DNA from: an uncultured virus (IMG/VR IMGVR_UViG_3300009500_000013)
Taxonomy: Duplodnaviria; Heunggongvirae; Uroviricota; Caudoviricetes
Strand: one strand, 5' to 3'
Virus record (IMG/VR): IMGVR_UViG_3300009500_000013
DNA: 64,000 nucleotides
In this document: positions 36,846 through 47,289 of the stretch, one piece after another
Position numbering within the stretch: position 1 is the stretch's first letter
Layout of the letters: every line of letters begins with the position of its first letter
Made by a program: the position numbers and the translations under genes
Notes under the pieces: generated by a model
Database searches by the model: none
The model's input: the letters and a program-made list of their open reading frames with translations, nothing else
Told to the model about the DNA's origin: nothing

Positions 36846-37380
36846 ATATGAATCCGTATAAGCATCCTATAAAAATCTCTTCCCATTCACTACTTGGCAC
36901 AGTATAAACTAATGGTAAATTAAAAATCTTTAAAGTTATTCCTTTATTTGCTAAGTAGTAAGAAAAATGACATAAAGCATAGCCAGCGATTGCACTTATT
37001 AGCGTATAGCCTATTGAAAGTAAAAGATAAAATTTAGAAAAAGGATAAATCCAAAATGGAATCATTATTGCAAAAAGTCTTAATGCAACAATTAAACCCA
37101 TTGATACATAAGCCTTTTCTGTATCAGCTTGTGCAGAGCTATGACCAAACACTATTCCAATATAAGAAAGCAATCCAGCCAATAATCCATAATACCAAGG
37201 AAAATTATGTACATAACATGCTATTTCTAAAAAAATAGTAATAGGCAATGCCCAAAAAACAATTCTTGCTAAAGTAGTAGAACCAAGAGCTATCGCCCCA
37301 CCTCTACATCTATATAAGAATCCAAATAACAAAGTAGAAGAAAGTATAAAAATAGTTTTCAATAATAGTGCTATCAGCAT
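36820..37380 (-). CDS. multi-pass membrane protein
   Basis: About six hydrophobic stretches; R.RGG and W.E..G motifs. Confidence 0.7.
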   Translation of the reverse strand: MLIALLLKTIFILSSTLLFGFLYRCRGGAIALGSTTLARIVFWALPITIFLEIACYVHNFPWYYGLLAGLLSYIGIVFGHSSAQADTEKAYVSMGLIVALRLFAIMIPFWIYPFSKFYLLLSIGYTLISAIAGYALCHFSYYLANKGITLKIFNLPLVYTVPSSEWEEIFIGCLYGFIFACFSYVY

Positions 37381-37383
37381 GAT

Positions 37384-37929
37384 TTATTTTCCAAAAAAAT
37401 ATGGTTTTAAGTTATTAATAATTTCTTTAATTTTACCAATTACTGTTTTTCTTTTAATAACTGTAGTTGTTGAATTTCCATTTTCTGTTAATTCTGTTAT
37501 ATAATATTTCATAATTGCTATATCAGAAACATCTATACCAAAAAATATAACTATTTGTCTTACAATTTCTCTATTTTTATCTTCGTTATCAGACGAAAAA
37601 GTATTAAAATCAATTACTTTTTCGTTTTTGGTAGTTTCTTCTTTTTCATAATCAGGAAGAAGAACAGCAACCTTTATTGGTTCAAGTAATGATTTTTGGT
37701 GTTCAATTATTTCTGCAAATAACGCTAAAATTTTACTTTGATTAAAAATAGATTCTTTATAAGTAAAAAGATAGCTTTTAATAATATCTCTTATTTCATG
37801 AATCAATTTTTTATTTTTATCAGCATCAGCTCTTGATATGGTAATATTTTTATATTGATTAACTAATGATTTAAAATTATCATATTGCTGATCTTCATTT
37901 CTTATTTTTGCATAATGTTGTTTTGTCAT
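37384..37929 (-). CDS. hypothetical protein
   Basis: ORF in operon. Confidence 0.65.
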   Translation of the reverse strand: MTKQHYAKIRNEDQQYDNFKSLVNQYKNITISRADADKNKKLIHEIRDIIKSYLFTYKESIFNQSKILALFAEIIEHQKSLLEPIKVAVLLPDYEKEETTKNEKVIDFNTFSSDNEDKNREIVRQIVIFFGIDVSDIAIMKYYITELTENGNSTTTVIKRKTVIGKIKEIINNLKPYFFGK

Positions 37930-37930
37930 T

Positions 37931-38197
37931 TTAATTACCTACTGCTTTCCTATAAATTTCTAATAATGCTTCTTGTTCTTCTAATTCTGCTGGATCCATT
38001 TTTCTAATCATTAAAAGTTTTTTCATCACTTTTACATCGTATCCAACATTTTTTGCTTCATTGAAGACTTCATTAATATCTTCGTTTAACGCTTTTCTTT
38101 CTTCATCAAGTCTTTCTACTCTTTCAATGAATCTTTTAAGTTGTTCTTGACTTGATTTATTAGCTTCAATATTCTGCTGTGTTAGTACCTTTGCCAT
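37931..38197 (-). CDS. gapR: GapR / DUF2312 nucleoid-associated DNA-binding protein
   Basis: QL..FIER.ERL.EE.K....DI..V..EAK..GYD.K......RK.D....E.EA.L..Y; promoter TTGACT-17-TAAGAT at 38229-38257. Confidence 0.9.
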   Translation of the reverse strand: MAKVLTQQNIEANKSSQEQLKRFIERVERLDEERKALNEDINEVFNEAKNVGYDVKVMKKLLMIRKMDPAELEEQEALLEIYRKAVGN

Positions 38198-38259
38198 AGA
38201 AAGCCTTTCAAATTACGTTTTATATCTTATCTTATATTTTTTTCATGTAGAAGTCAAAA

Positions 38260-39031
38260 TTAAATTTGTTCAATATTTAGACGTTTTAAGCCAATATTAA
38301 AATATTTTTCTTCAAGTTCAATTCCTATTGATTTTCTTCCTAATTTTTGTGCAACAGCACAAGTAGTAAAAGTTCCAGAAAAAGGATCTAACACTATATC
38401 TCCAATATTGCTACTAGCTTTTATAATTCTTTCTATTAATGCTTCTGGCTTTTGCGTTGGATGTTCTTCATATTCTGGCATTTTATATCTTACTCTAGTA
38501 AAATCCCAAACATTTCCTGGCACTTTGGTAGTTTTATATGGTTCTGGCGTTGATTTACGATAATCTATCAATTTGCGAACGGAACCTGTTTTTGCTTCTA
38601 CTGCAATATCTTTTGCATTAAAAGTATAATTTTTTTTTATCTTTTACTGCATATAAAATAGGTTCATACAAAGAACCAAAATAGTTTTTAGCTTGAACAC
38701 CAGAACTATCGTAACTCCATATTATTCTTGAAAGCACAGTTAATTTTTTACGAAGCCAAATATCTAAATAAGGCATTGCTTGAGTGCTTGTCATTACATA
38801 AAGACTTCCGTTAGGCTTTAATTTTTTAATAACAAGTTCTAACCAATCATAGCACCATTTCACATATGCTTCTTCAGATTCCCAGCTATCAAAAAAATTA
38901 CCAAACTTTTTACCAATGTTATAAGGAGGATCTGCAAAAATAAGGTCAATAGATTCATCATCAATAGATTTTAAAATATCTAAGCAATTTCCGTGATATA
39001 ATGTAGTATTTTCATTAAATATTTTTTTCAT
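38260..39031 (-). pseudogene. YhdJ-like beta-class amino DNA methyltransferase split by an extra A in an A9 run
   Basis: DPPY in the 5' ORF; HPTQKP and LDPFSG in the 3' ORF; A8 at 38630-38638 would give KDKKNYTFN...EAKTG..RKLIDYRK. Confidence 0.85.
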
Positions 39032-39138
39032 ATAGTAATTTTAACATATTCATAATAAAAACACAATTTATAATTATAATTGTTAATTTTTTAATAATAT
39101 GATAGAATTAAACTTAAATTAGAATAGGAAAAAAATTA

Positions 39139-39537
39139 ATGAGTCAGATGCTTAAATTTAAAACAGTTTTAGGAGTTTTAGATTGTAAATTATATAAAAA
39201 TAGCATGTACTTCGCTAGATTTAGCGGTTTGGAAGCGATTGCTAAACTCAATGAATTAGATGAAGAATTAATAAACGGAAACTTGTTTTGGAACACATGC
39301 TTTGGTCATAAGCTATCGGAAGATTTAATAATTCCTAGCGAGTTATTAGATACTAAAGTTCCTATAACTCAATATAGCATTTTGGCATTGAGAAATTCAT
39401 GGAATGAAAGCATTAAAAATAATGAGAGTTTGCCAACCAGATATAAAATCTTAGATCAATTTGCAAAAAAACATACAATAAGTAAAAATGAAATAGCTAG
39501 ATATTATAGGAAAATTAATGCTAGTTCATCTCTTTAG
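39139..39537 (+). CDS. hypothetical protein
   Basis: AGGA RBS; convergent with the large gene. Confidence 0.65.
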   Translation: MSQMLKFKTVLGVLDCKLYKNSMYFARFSGLEAIAKLNELDEELINGNLFWNTCFGHKLSEDLIIPSELLDTKVPITQYSILALRNSWNESIKNNESLPTRYKILDQFAKKHTISKNEIARYYRKINASSSL

Positions 39538-42500
39538 CAAATTTCTTTGGTCCACAAACTTCTATTCCCATGCTTATCATTTCTCTGTTCTTATAAGTAC
39601 CTGTTCTAAAAGTTTTTCTAATAGGCGTAAATCGCAATACTATATCATCTTTAGTAAATATTCTAGCTGACTCTTGTGAAAACCCATTTTGTAACAATAA
39701 TTTAATAAATTTTTCATTTATCTCTCTTAATTTTTTATCTGAATTTTGATAAATGTTTATTTTTAAACTTAAGTTATCATATCCATCATAGCTTTCAAAA
39801 TTACTTAAAAGACTTATATCACTACTATCTACCAATGTTCTTAATAATTTAACAATATTATTCCTTGCTCTATGAGCAGTTGAACTATCAAATCCTTCAG
39901 TAAGAATAACCAAATCATCTAAATCAATACTTTGATGTATAGAATCTTTATCTTCGCTAGCTTTTGTTAAGTAATAAAGATAAAAATCTTCCCCTATTAA
40001 AACACTAAACCTTTTAAGAAATTCATTATGAACTTTATCATCTATCATATTGAGAAGTTGATATTTGTTTTTCTTATCACTCATGTTATTTTCGTCAATA
40101 AACCATTTAGATTTTTTAACTAAAGCATCAATGTTATTCGTAGATTTTTCTTTTGTTTTAAATGAAACTATTTCTTCGCTAATATTGTTACTATTTGGAT
40201 CAAAATTTCCTTTATTAAAAATTGATTTTATTTGGTTGGGACTAAATGCTACAAATAATTTTTCACCATCATTAATATTTTCTATAATAACTGAATCATA
40301 TCCTGCTTCTTTTGCACTATCTATAATATAAATTGCTTGATCGTCAAAATAATCAATTGGATCATAATTTGTAATTTCTAGTTCATATGGATTTTTTAAA
40401 GAAAGATACACGGGAATTATATTTGAACCTTGTTTTAGTTGACCTTCACCGCCAGCGTAAGAACCTGCTTCGTATGTATTATTAGTAAAGAAAAACAAAC
40501 CTCTATCTTTCTCAAAAACATTTGGTGTTGTATTTGGATCAAATGCTTTTATATCAGACGTAGTTCCATGATAAACCACCAAAGGCTTGCCATCTTTATC
40601 TACAACCTTACTATCACCAAACCATTTTTTAAAAGCAGGCGAAAAGGTTTTATTTTCTGATTCGCTTATATTATTATTTTTAGGATCAAAATTTCCTTTA
40701 TTAAAAATTGATTTTATTTGATTTGGTTCAAAAACCGTAAATTCACCAAAATCAGATATAATGCCGTCTTTTCCTTCTTTTTTTAATTGTGATTTTATTT
40801 CTTGTATAAATTTATCTCTTATTTTTTGAGGTCTAAAATTATATCCGTCAAATTTTTTATCAAGCATTTGCTCAAAAACATCTCTTGATATTGGATTTGT
40901 TATTTTAAGATAAACTGGAATTATATTAGGAGTATTACCAGACCCAAATTCTAAACGAGAAACACTTCTATTAGCCCATGCGTTAGCTGATTCAATATCT
41001 GATGTAAAAGAAAATGACCCCTTGCCTGTGCCAACCCCATACTTTCTGCCTTCCGCATCATTAGCTTTTGATTTATCAAATGACAATATATCACTACCAG
41101 TACCATGATAAACCACCAAAGGATTTCCATTTTTATCAACTACTTTGCTATTACCAAACCAGTTTTTGAAAGCAGGAGAAAAGGTTTTATTTTCTGATTC
41201 GCTTATATTATTATTTTTAGGATCAAAATTTCCTTTATTAAAAATTGATTTTATTTGATTTGAGTTAAACACTATAATTTCTGTTGGATATGAACCATTG
41301 TGTCTGTCTTGCAAATATTCGTAATAAAATATCCCATCATATCCTTCTTCTTTTAATTTTTCTACATAAGTATCTGATAGAGAAGTTAAATCAGTCATAA
41401 ATGGTTTTTTTACTGACAGATAGACTGTATATATAGAACCTTTATTTAATAAATCTGATGAACCATTAGGGTTTTGTCTTGCATATAACTCAGCCAAATC
41501 TTTATTAGGAGTAAAATAAAAACCTTTGCCGTACCAACCAAAATCTGTTTTCCCATGTTTAGTTATTTCAAATTTATCAAAATCCGAATCCGTTCCATGA
41601 TAAACCATCAAAGGATTTCCATTTTTATCAACTACTTTGCTATCACCAAACCAATTTTTAAAAGCAGGAGAAGAAATAATTTTATTTTCTGATTCGTTTA
41701 TATTGTTACTATTAGGATCAAATGTTCCTTTATTTTTAATAGATTTTATTTGATTTGGATACCAAGCAATATATATATCAGAAGATTTTTCATCATTCCC
41801 ATATCCACGAGACATTATACCATCATATCCAGTTATTTTAGTCACAGCAGTATGTACAATTTCTTCTCTAGGACCTGAATTAATCAAACCGCCTATTTGA
41901 TCAACAGCGTTATCCATACTTATACTATCAACCGCTTCTTTTATTGCCTTCTCTACACCTTCGTATCTTACATCTGCATAATTAGATAAAAATCCATCAG
42001 CAATTGGTTCGCCATTTTTTTTAGATTCGGATTCAGCAATTTCTTTTATAATTTTTATCAATATTAATTTTGAAAATGGTTTTGTGTTTGGAAGCAATGG
42101 TTTTTTTATTGCTAAATATGTAGAAAATATTTCTTTTCCATATCCTTTAGCCATATTTCTATCTGGAGTAAAATAAAAGCCTTGTCCTAAACTGGTTCCG
42201 TTGCTTCCTATTTTCTCTCTATCAAATGAATTAAAGGCAACTTTAGAACCATGATAAACCACTAAAGGATTGCCATCCTTATCTACTACTTTGCTATTAC
42301 CAAACCAATTTTTGAAAGCAGGCGTAAAATTTTTATTTTCCTCTGATTCGTTAATTTCTTGTGGCAATTCTAATTTTTCTTTATTCAAGACAATAAAAGT
42401 TTTTCCATGTAATTTTGGATCACTTCCAAATGTGCTATCAGGAATTGCTATAACATCTGCATTATGAAATTCACCAATTATATCGGCAATATCATCTTGT

Positions 42501-44953
42501 ATATGTCGGCTTTGTGTTTCCCATAATCTACCGTCAATAGTTTCTTGTATTAAAACTTCAGGATCAATATCATTTTCTTGTGCATATTGAGTGATTGCCT
42601 CAAGTGCAGTTGAGTCAGAAGCAAGTTTTTCAGGATTACTTAAATCTACTATTTTTGCATCTTTTGATATTTTTAATTGGTTGATTTCTTTGCCATATTC
42701 TTTTGCTAAATCTTTATTATCAGTAAGATAAAAAAATCTATTTTGTTTTCCTGCACCACTTAAAGTAGTAAGCCTTTTATCACTACCATGATAATAAATA
42801 TCATTTTGTTTAAATTGATTAAGTTCTTTATTTTTATCAATAACAAAATCACCGCTTTCAAATTGTTTCCCACCAAGGGATTTGTAAATTGAAGGAACTT
42901 GTTTGTTATTAGAGCGTTGTTCATTTTCGCCTCCAATTCCCTTATATTTATCACCAATATATTTTAATGCTGTTTTATAAAGCTCTTTTCCTAATCCTTG
43001 TCCTTGGTATTTTTTGTCGATATTAACTTTTTCAATAGCGGCGTAACCTTTAGTATCAGATGTTCTTCCGTTTCCTAAAGTCATATCACCTATTTTTTTA
43101 TTATCTTTCCATAGCGATATATATTTTGCATTATTTGGGTCATCAACAGCTATTGAATATCCATCTTTTTCAAAAACAATATTTTTTCCATGCTGATCAA
43201 CACGAATTAATGAACGATTTTCTTCTGATTCTTTAATTTCATGTGCTAATGTGTATAACCCAATAGGCTGCCCAAATCGTTCTCTAAAAGCTATTACATA
43301 ATCATTAACATTAGGAAGTCCTAATTTAGCACTTTCTTTAGATGCTACTTTTAAAACAGAGCCAACATGTAAATGATTACTCATTGTTTTTAACTTAACA
43401 TCAATATATTTTTTAAACGCATCTAAACTTTTATTTAATTTTTCTATGGTTAGCTTCTTACCATCATGAGTTTGCCATTCAGGATTAATTGTCATAGATT
43501 CGTTTATTTTTCCTTTGCCACGACAAACAGGACATCTATTTTCGTAATGATCTAAAACTCCATTACCATCACAATTAGCACAAACATTATTATTTTCTTT
43601 TTTATAAAAGTTATCATAATGATTTGCAATATTTTTTTTCTCAATATCTGCTAACCAACCAGATTTTTGTATAGGTAGTTTTTCTATTTTTTCACGTTCT
43701 TCAGGTGTTAAATTAGCTTTCCTAATAGATGGGTATTTGTCTTCACTAATATTGTTACTATTTGGATCAAAATTGCCTTTATTAAAAATTGATTTTATTT
43801 GATTTTTATTGAATACTGCAAATATATCAGTTTTTTTACCTAAGTTTTCATGTTCCTCATATCCTAAATCGCCGTCTTCATCAGTGACATACGACACACC
43901 AATAGGATCTCTTGAATTTTTAAATATTACTCCATCGCAGCCTTTTTTATTAGCTTCTGAAATTATTTCATCCAGTTTATCTTCAGCATCTAAATAGCCA
44001 AGAGTTTTTCCTTTAGTATCAACTATTAATGGGTTTTTCATAGAAAGATATACTGGAACAATATTACCAAATGTATCAGTTTCGCTATATTTTGAATATT
44101 CTGCATGAGCGGCATAATCACTTGCCAATTTATTATCGCTAGTGAAAAATATTGGTCTCATTTGGTGGTATGCAGTACCCTTAAATTCATCAAATTCATC
44201 TGCTGTTCCATGAAAAACCACTAAAGGATTTCCATTTTTATCAACTACTTTGCTATCACCAAACCAATTTTTAAAAGCAGGCGAAAAGGTTTTATTTTTT
44301 GATTCGTTTATATTATTTTTGCCAAACATTTCTCTTGTTTTTTGCAATAAATCATCAGATTTTACGTTATTATTTAATGCTACTCTATGCAACATCTCTA
44401 TCTGTTTTTCTTTTGGTAGTTCAATATTATCTGTTTTAAACTTTTTTAAGGCTTCTCTAAATTCTTTAATAGCCTTATTCATATTGATTGGATTCAAATG
44501 ACTATTATATTTTAATTGTCCATTATAAAAATTTGTTGCTTCAGTAATAGACATTTTATTTTTTTTAGCAAACCAATATAATTTTGATAGTTTTTTGCTT
44601 TCCGTAAGCTGATCAATTGATTTCAAAAATTCTAATTCTTTATGCAGAGCATTTGCCCAATTTTGATTTGCTATACCTTCAGAAACTGGAACTTTAGTCT
44701 GATTAACCAAGCAAGCTAAGTCTGCATCAGATAAAATAGCGTTTTGTAAATTGGAAATATTTTTATCTACAGGATTCAATCCAATGATAAAATTTGCAAG
44801 AATGTCTGCAAAATTTCCTTTTGGAATCACTGAAATTGCATCAGATAAATTTTCTTTTACATAAGAATAAATTGGCAAATCTCTTAATAAAACAACACCT
44901 TCATTTACGGTTATATTTTTTTTAAGAAGATTTAATACAGATATAATGTTCAT
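39521..44953 (-). CDS. large polyvalent protein: multiple ADP-ribosyltransferase-like modules, a GNAT domain and a CxxCxGxG zinc finger
   Basis: Five FK.WFG.SKVVD..G.PL.V.HG modules plus a YYHGS module; KYQGQGLGKELY; CANCDGNG/CPVCRGKG. Confidence 0.85.
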   Translation of the reverse strand: MNIISVLNLLKKNITVNEGVVLLRDLPIYSYVKENLSDAISVIPKGNFADILANFIIGLNPVDKNISNLQNAILSDADLACLVNQTKVPVSEGIANQNWANALHKELEFLKSIDQLTESKKLSKLYWFAKKNKMSITEATNFYNGQLKYNSHLNPINMNKAIKEFREALKKFKTDNIELPKEKQIEMLHRVALNNNVKSDDLLQKTREMFGKNNINESKNKTFSPAFKNWFGDSKVVDKNGNPLVVFHGTADEFDEFKGTAYHQMRPIFFTSDNKLASDYAAHAEYSKYSETDTFGNIVPVYLSMKNPLIVDTKGKTLGYLDAEDKLDEIISEANKKGCDGVIFKNSRDPIGVSYVTDEDGDLGYEEHENLGKKTDIFAVFNKNQIKSIFNKGNFDPNSNNISEDKYPSIRKANLTPEEREKIEKLPIQKSGWLADIEKKNIANHYDNFYKKENNNVCANCDGNGVLDHYENRCPVCRGKGKINESMTINPEWQTHDGKKLTIEKLNKSLDAFKKYIDVKLKTMSNHLHVGSVLKVASKESAKLGLPNVNDYVIAFRERFGQPIGLYTLAHEIKESEENRSLIRVDQHGKNIVFEKDGYSIAVDDPNNAKYISLWKDNKKIGDMTLGNGRTSDTKGYAAIEKVNIDKKYQGQGLGKELYKTALKYIGDKYKGIGGENEQRSNNKQVPSIYKSLGGKQFESGDFVIDKNKELNQFKQNDIYYHGSDKRLTTLSGAGKQNRFFYLTDNKDLAKEYGKEINQLKISKDAKIVDLSNPEKLASDSTALEAITQYAQENDIDPEVLIQETIDGRLWETQSRHIQDDIADIIGEFHNADVIAIPDSTFGSDPKLHGKTFIVLNKEKLELPQEINESEENKNFTPAFKNWFGNSKVVDKDGNPLVVYHGSKVAFNSFDREKIGSNGTSLGQGFYFTPDRNMAKGYGKEIFSTYLAIKKPLLPNTKPFSKLILIKIIKEIAESESKKNGEPIADGFLSNYADVRYEGVEKAIKEAVDSISMDNAVDQIGGLINSGPREEIVHTAVTKITGYDGIMSRGYGNDEKSSDIYIAWYPNQIKSIKNKGTFDPNSNNINESENKIISSPAFKNWFGDSKVVDKNGNPLMVYHGTDSDFDKFEITKHGKTDFGWYGKGFYFTPNKDLAELYARQNPNGSSDLLNKGSIYTVYLSVKKPFMTDLTSLSDTYVEKLKEEGYDGIFYYEYLQDRHNGSYPTEIIVFNSNQIKSIFNKGNFDPKNNNISESENKTFSPAFKNWFGNSKVVDKNGNPLVVYHGTGSDILSFDKSKANDAEGRKYGVGTGKGSFSFTSDIESANAWANRSVSRLEFGSGNTPNIIPVYLKITNPISRDVFEQMLDKKFDGYNFRPQKIRDKFIQEIKSQLKKEGKDGIISDFGEFTVFEPNQIKSIFNKGNFDPKNNNISESENKTFSPAFKKWFGDSKVVDKDGKPLVVYHGTTSDIKAFDPNTTPNVFEKDRGLFFFTNNTYEAGSYAGGEGQLKQGSNIIPVYLSLKNPYELEITNYDPIDYFDDQAIYIIDSAKEAGYDSVIIENINDGEKLFVAFSPNQIKSIFNKGNFDPNSNNISEEIVSFKTKEKSTNNIDALVKKSKWFIDENNMSDKKNKYQLLNMIDDKVHNEFLKRFSVLIGEDFYLYYLTKASEDKDSIHQSIDLDDLVILTEGFDSSTAHRARNNIVKLLRTLVDSSDISLLSNFESYDGYDNLSLKINIYQNSDKKLREINEKFIKLLLQNGFSQESARIFTKDDIVLRFTPIRKTFRTGTYKNREMISMGIEVCGPKKFAKEMN
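40641..41262. repeat. 85-bp identical inter-module linker
   Basis: 40641-40725 equals 41178-41262; related copies near 40180, 41690, 42260, 43750 and 44220. Confidence 0.85.
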
Positions 44954-44988
44954 GAAAAACGCTCAAAATTAATTTATATCTATATTTA

Positions 44989-45753
44989 TTACAATTTTGC
45001 TTTAGCTTTATTAAGTTTTGCCATTTCTCTTTTTTTAATCTTATCTATTGTTGATATTTCTATCCAATTTAAAATTCTTAAAGAATTTGTCAATAAAATA
45101 TAATTAAAATCAGTTTTTGATAATAACGACATTTTACTACCAAAAATTTCATCTGTATTAATTATCAAAGCATTCAAACCATTTATTTTAAAATGCTCTT
45201 CTAAATATTTTTTAGGTCTTATACTATTTGTTTCTATATGTGCTATAATTTCAAAATCATTTTTTTCGGTTAAATTTTTATAATATTCATAACTTTTATA
45301 AAAATGTACTGATAATGAATATTCAAACCCTTCTTTTGCATATTTAGGAATTGCTTGACATATCGAATTTTTTAAATAAATGTTATCAATATTGCTAAGT
45401 ATTGAGTCATGTTCTTCACTTGATTTTACCATTTCTACTATTTGAACTTCAAAAGAATTAAAAATTTTTATTATTTCTGATGGTTCATAAAAGGTTATTT
45501 TGTTATTATCCTCAGAAATTTTTGAATTTTTAAAAAATCGTGTTACATACATGTCTTTATTATAAACATATGAAGTTTTTAAACCTTGTATTTTTTCTAA
45601 AACAGTTTCAACACCCCTTTCACTTTCAAAAAGATGAGGCTTATCTTTAGATAAAGTTAATGTATACGATGACCCATCTTGATAACCTAAATAATAACTT
45701 TTATATAAAGGAGAATATATTGTAAAATATAATAGTTTTTCATCTTTAATCAT
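44989..45753 (-). CDS. long member of the DxNY(F/L)xL superfamily
   Basis: C-terminal LLSKTDFNYILL. Confidence 0.6.
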   Translation of the reverse strand: MIKDEKLLYFTIYSPLYKSYYLGYQDGSSYTLTLSKDKPHLFESERGVETVLEKIQGLKTSYVYNKDMYVTRFFKNSKISEDNNKITFYEPSEIIKIFNSFEVQIVEMVKSSEEHDSILSNIDNIYLKNSICQAIPKYAKEGFEYSLSVHFYKSYEYYKNLTEKNDFEIIAHIETNSIRPKKYLEEHFKINGLNALIINTDEIFGSKMSLLSKTDFNYILLTNSLRILNWIEISTIDKIKKREMAKLNKAKAKL

Positions 45754-46498
45754 TACAAAAACCTATAGACTGTTTATTATAAAAGATAAGTTGACCAAAT
45801 TTAGCACCTTGTAAAATCGTTGGATAAACATTTTTTATATTACTTTTACTATAGTTATGATAAATCATATCAGTCATTAACTCTATTGAAACATCTAATG
45901 GTGTTACTTGAATGACTGGTTGTTTAGCTAAAGTCATATATATTAGCTGGCATCCTGCAATATAAGCATTTGATGTGCTTATATCAATTTTTGGAAAGAC
46001 TTTAGGTTCAAATATATCATTGAAGGGTAGATTACTATTAGAATAGACTACATCCTGTTTAATATAATGTGATTGTTTATTTTTCTTTATAGGGAAAATA
46101 TTATTGATTACTGAAACTGAGAAATTCAAAGCATAGTTTTGACATATTGCTTCTTTAAATTCTTCAGTTCTATCTGTTAAATCTATTGCTTCGCCAGAGG
46201 TAAACCCAGCATAAACCAATAAATTTATAGCATTATTACTTAAATTTTTATATTCTTTATGATAATCGTCAATTAGATTATCCATCTTCATAGTTGGAAA
46301 ATGCTTACTTAGGAATGATTTTTTTGTTGAGCTAGCTAAACAACTATCATTATATATGTAGACCATATTTGGAAGTTCAGAAGACAAAGGGTTTTCTAAT
46401 GAGACTTCTCTTTCGTTTGGAAAAGATAAAACAGAAAGCGGAAATAATAGAACAATTACGCTAACTAGATTTTTTAATTTCTTCATAAATGCTTTCAA
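45746..46498 (-). CDS. putative exported protein
   Basis: Basic then hydrophobic N-terminal signal; promoter TTGACA-17-TATAAT at 46539-46567. Confidence 0.6.
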   Translation of the reverse strand: MKAFMKKLKNLVSVIVLLFPLSVLSFPNEREVSLENPLSSELPNMVYIYNDSCLASSTKKSFLSKHFPTMKMDNLIDDYHKEYKNLSNNAINLLVYAGFTSGEAIDLTDRTEEFKEAICQNYALNFSVSVINNIFPIKKNKQSHYIKQDVVYSNSNLPFNDIFEPKVFPKIDISTSNAYIAGCQLIYMTLAKQPVIQVTPLDVSIELMTDMIYHNYSKSNIKNVYPTILQGAKFGQLIFYNKQSIGFCND

Positions 46499-46624
46499 AA
46501 TGATTTTTTAACTTTTTTAATTCTTCTTTGTTTTCTTCATTATAGAAATTAAAACATCCTTTGTCAATCTCATCTATTAAAAGATTAATTAATTTTTGTT
46601 GTTTCTCTGCCAATTCATTAATGT

Positions 46625-47284
46625 TCATAGCTTATCTAACCCATATTTTTTTATATTTTTCAATAAAGAAGTAATTTCAAATGCTTTTGAGTTATATTCA
46701 AACCCTGTAGAAAGTGCAACATAGATAATTTCTTCTTCACTTAGCATTATTGTCTTTTCATAAAATCTATAACTTGGATAAGAAGAAATCAAAAAATCTT
46801 TAAAAATTGCGTCTTTTTTATCATAGGATATCAAATAGAATTCAGTTTTTCCATCATAAAATGAAAAATCATTGTGAAAAGTAAAATATGATTTAGTAAA
46901 TCTAAAAGCATATCGTTGAAACCAATTAGAAATTAACATATCTCTTAAATCAAAAAGACATTCTTGTAAAACTTGCTGAGTGTCATAATAAAGGCTTTCT
47001 TCAACTGATTCATAATCTGCATAGGGAATATAAGGATTAGCGACTATTTCACCTTCTTTATAATTTAATTTTACATCAACTTTATAAATCTTAATATCTT
47101 TAAAAGTTTTTACTATATCATTTTTAACTTTTTTGTAATCTCTATTAATATCCCAAGAACGATTAACTAAGAATTTTATAAGATTATGTGCAAGATGAGA
47201 TTTTAAAGTTAAAATATCGCTAAAATATTTTAACTCTTTTGGGAAATCATCAAAACGATAAAAACTATGTTTTAATATTGGCAT
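46625..47284 (-). CDS. hypothetical protein, probable divergent superfamily member
   Basis: FL......IMLSEEEIIYVAL near the C-terminus. Confidence 0.55.
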   Translation of the reverse strand: MPILKHSFYRFDDFPKELKYFSDILTLKSHLAHNLIKFLVNRSWDINRDYKKVKNDIVKTFKDIKIYKVDVKLNYKEGEIVANPYIPYADYESVEESLYYDTQQVLQECLFDLRDMLISNWFQRYAFRFTKSYFTFHNDFSFYDGKTEFYLISYDKKDAIFKDFLISSYPSYRFYEKTIMLSEEEIIYVALSTGFEYNSKAFEITSLLKNIKKYGLDKL

Positions 47285-47289
47285 ATAAA

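Noticed and set aside
40065..44501. Antisense and alternative-frame ORFs inside the polyprotein, with similar ones in the ATPase and structural genes
   Set aside because: Short F/L/S/I-rich mirror translations of AT-rich coding strands with no RBS or motif
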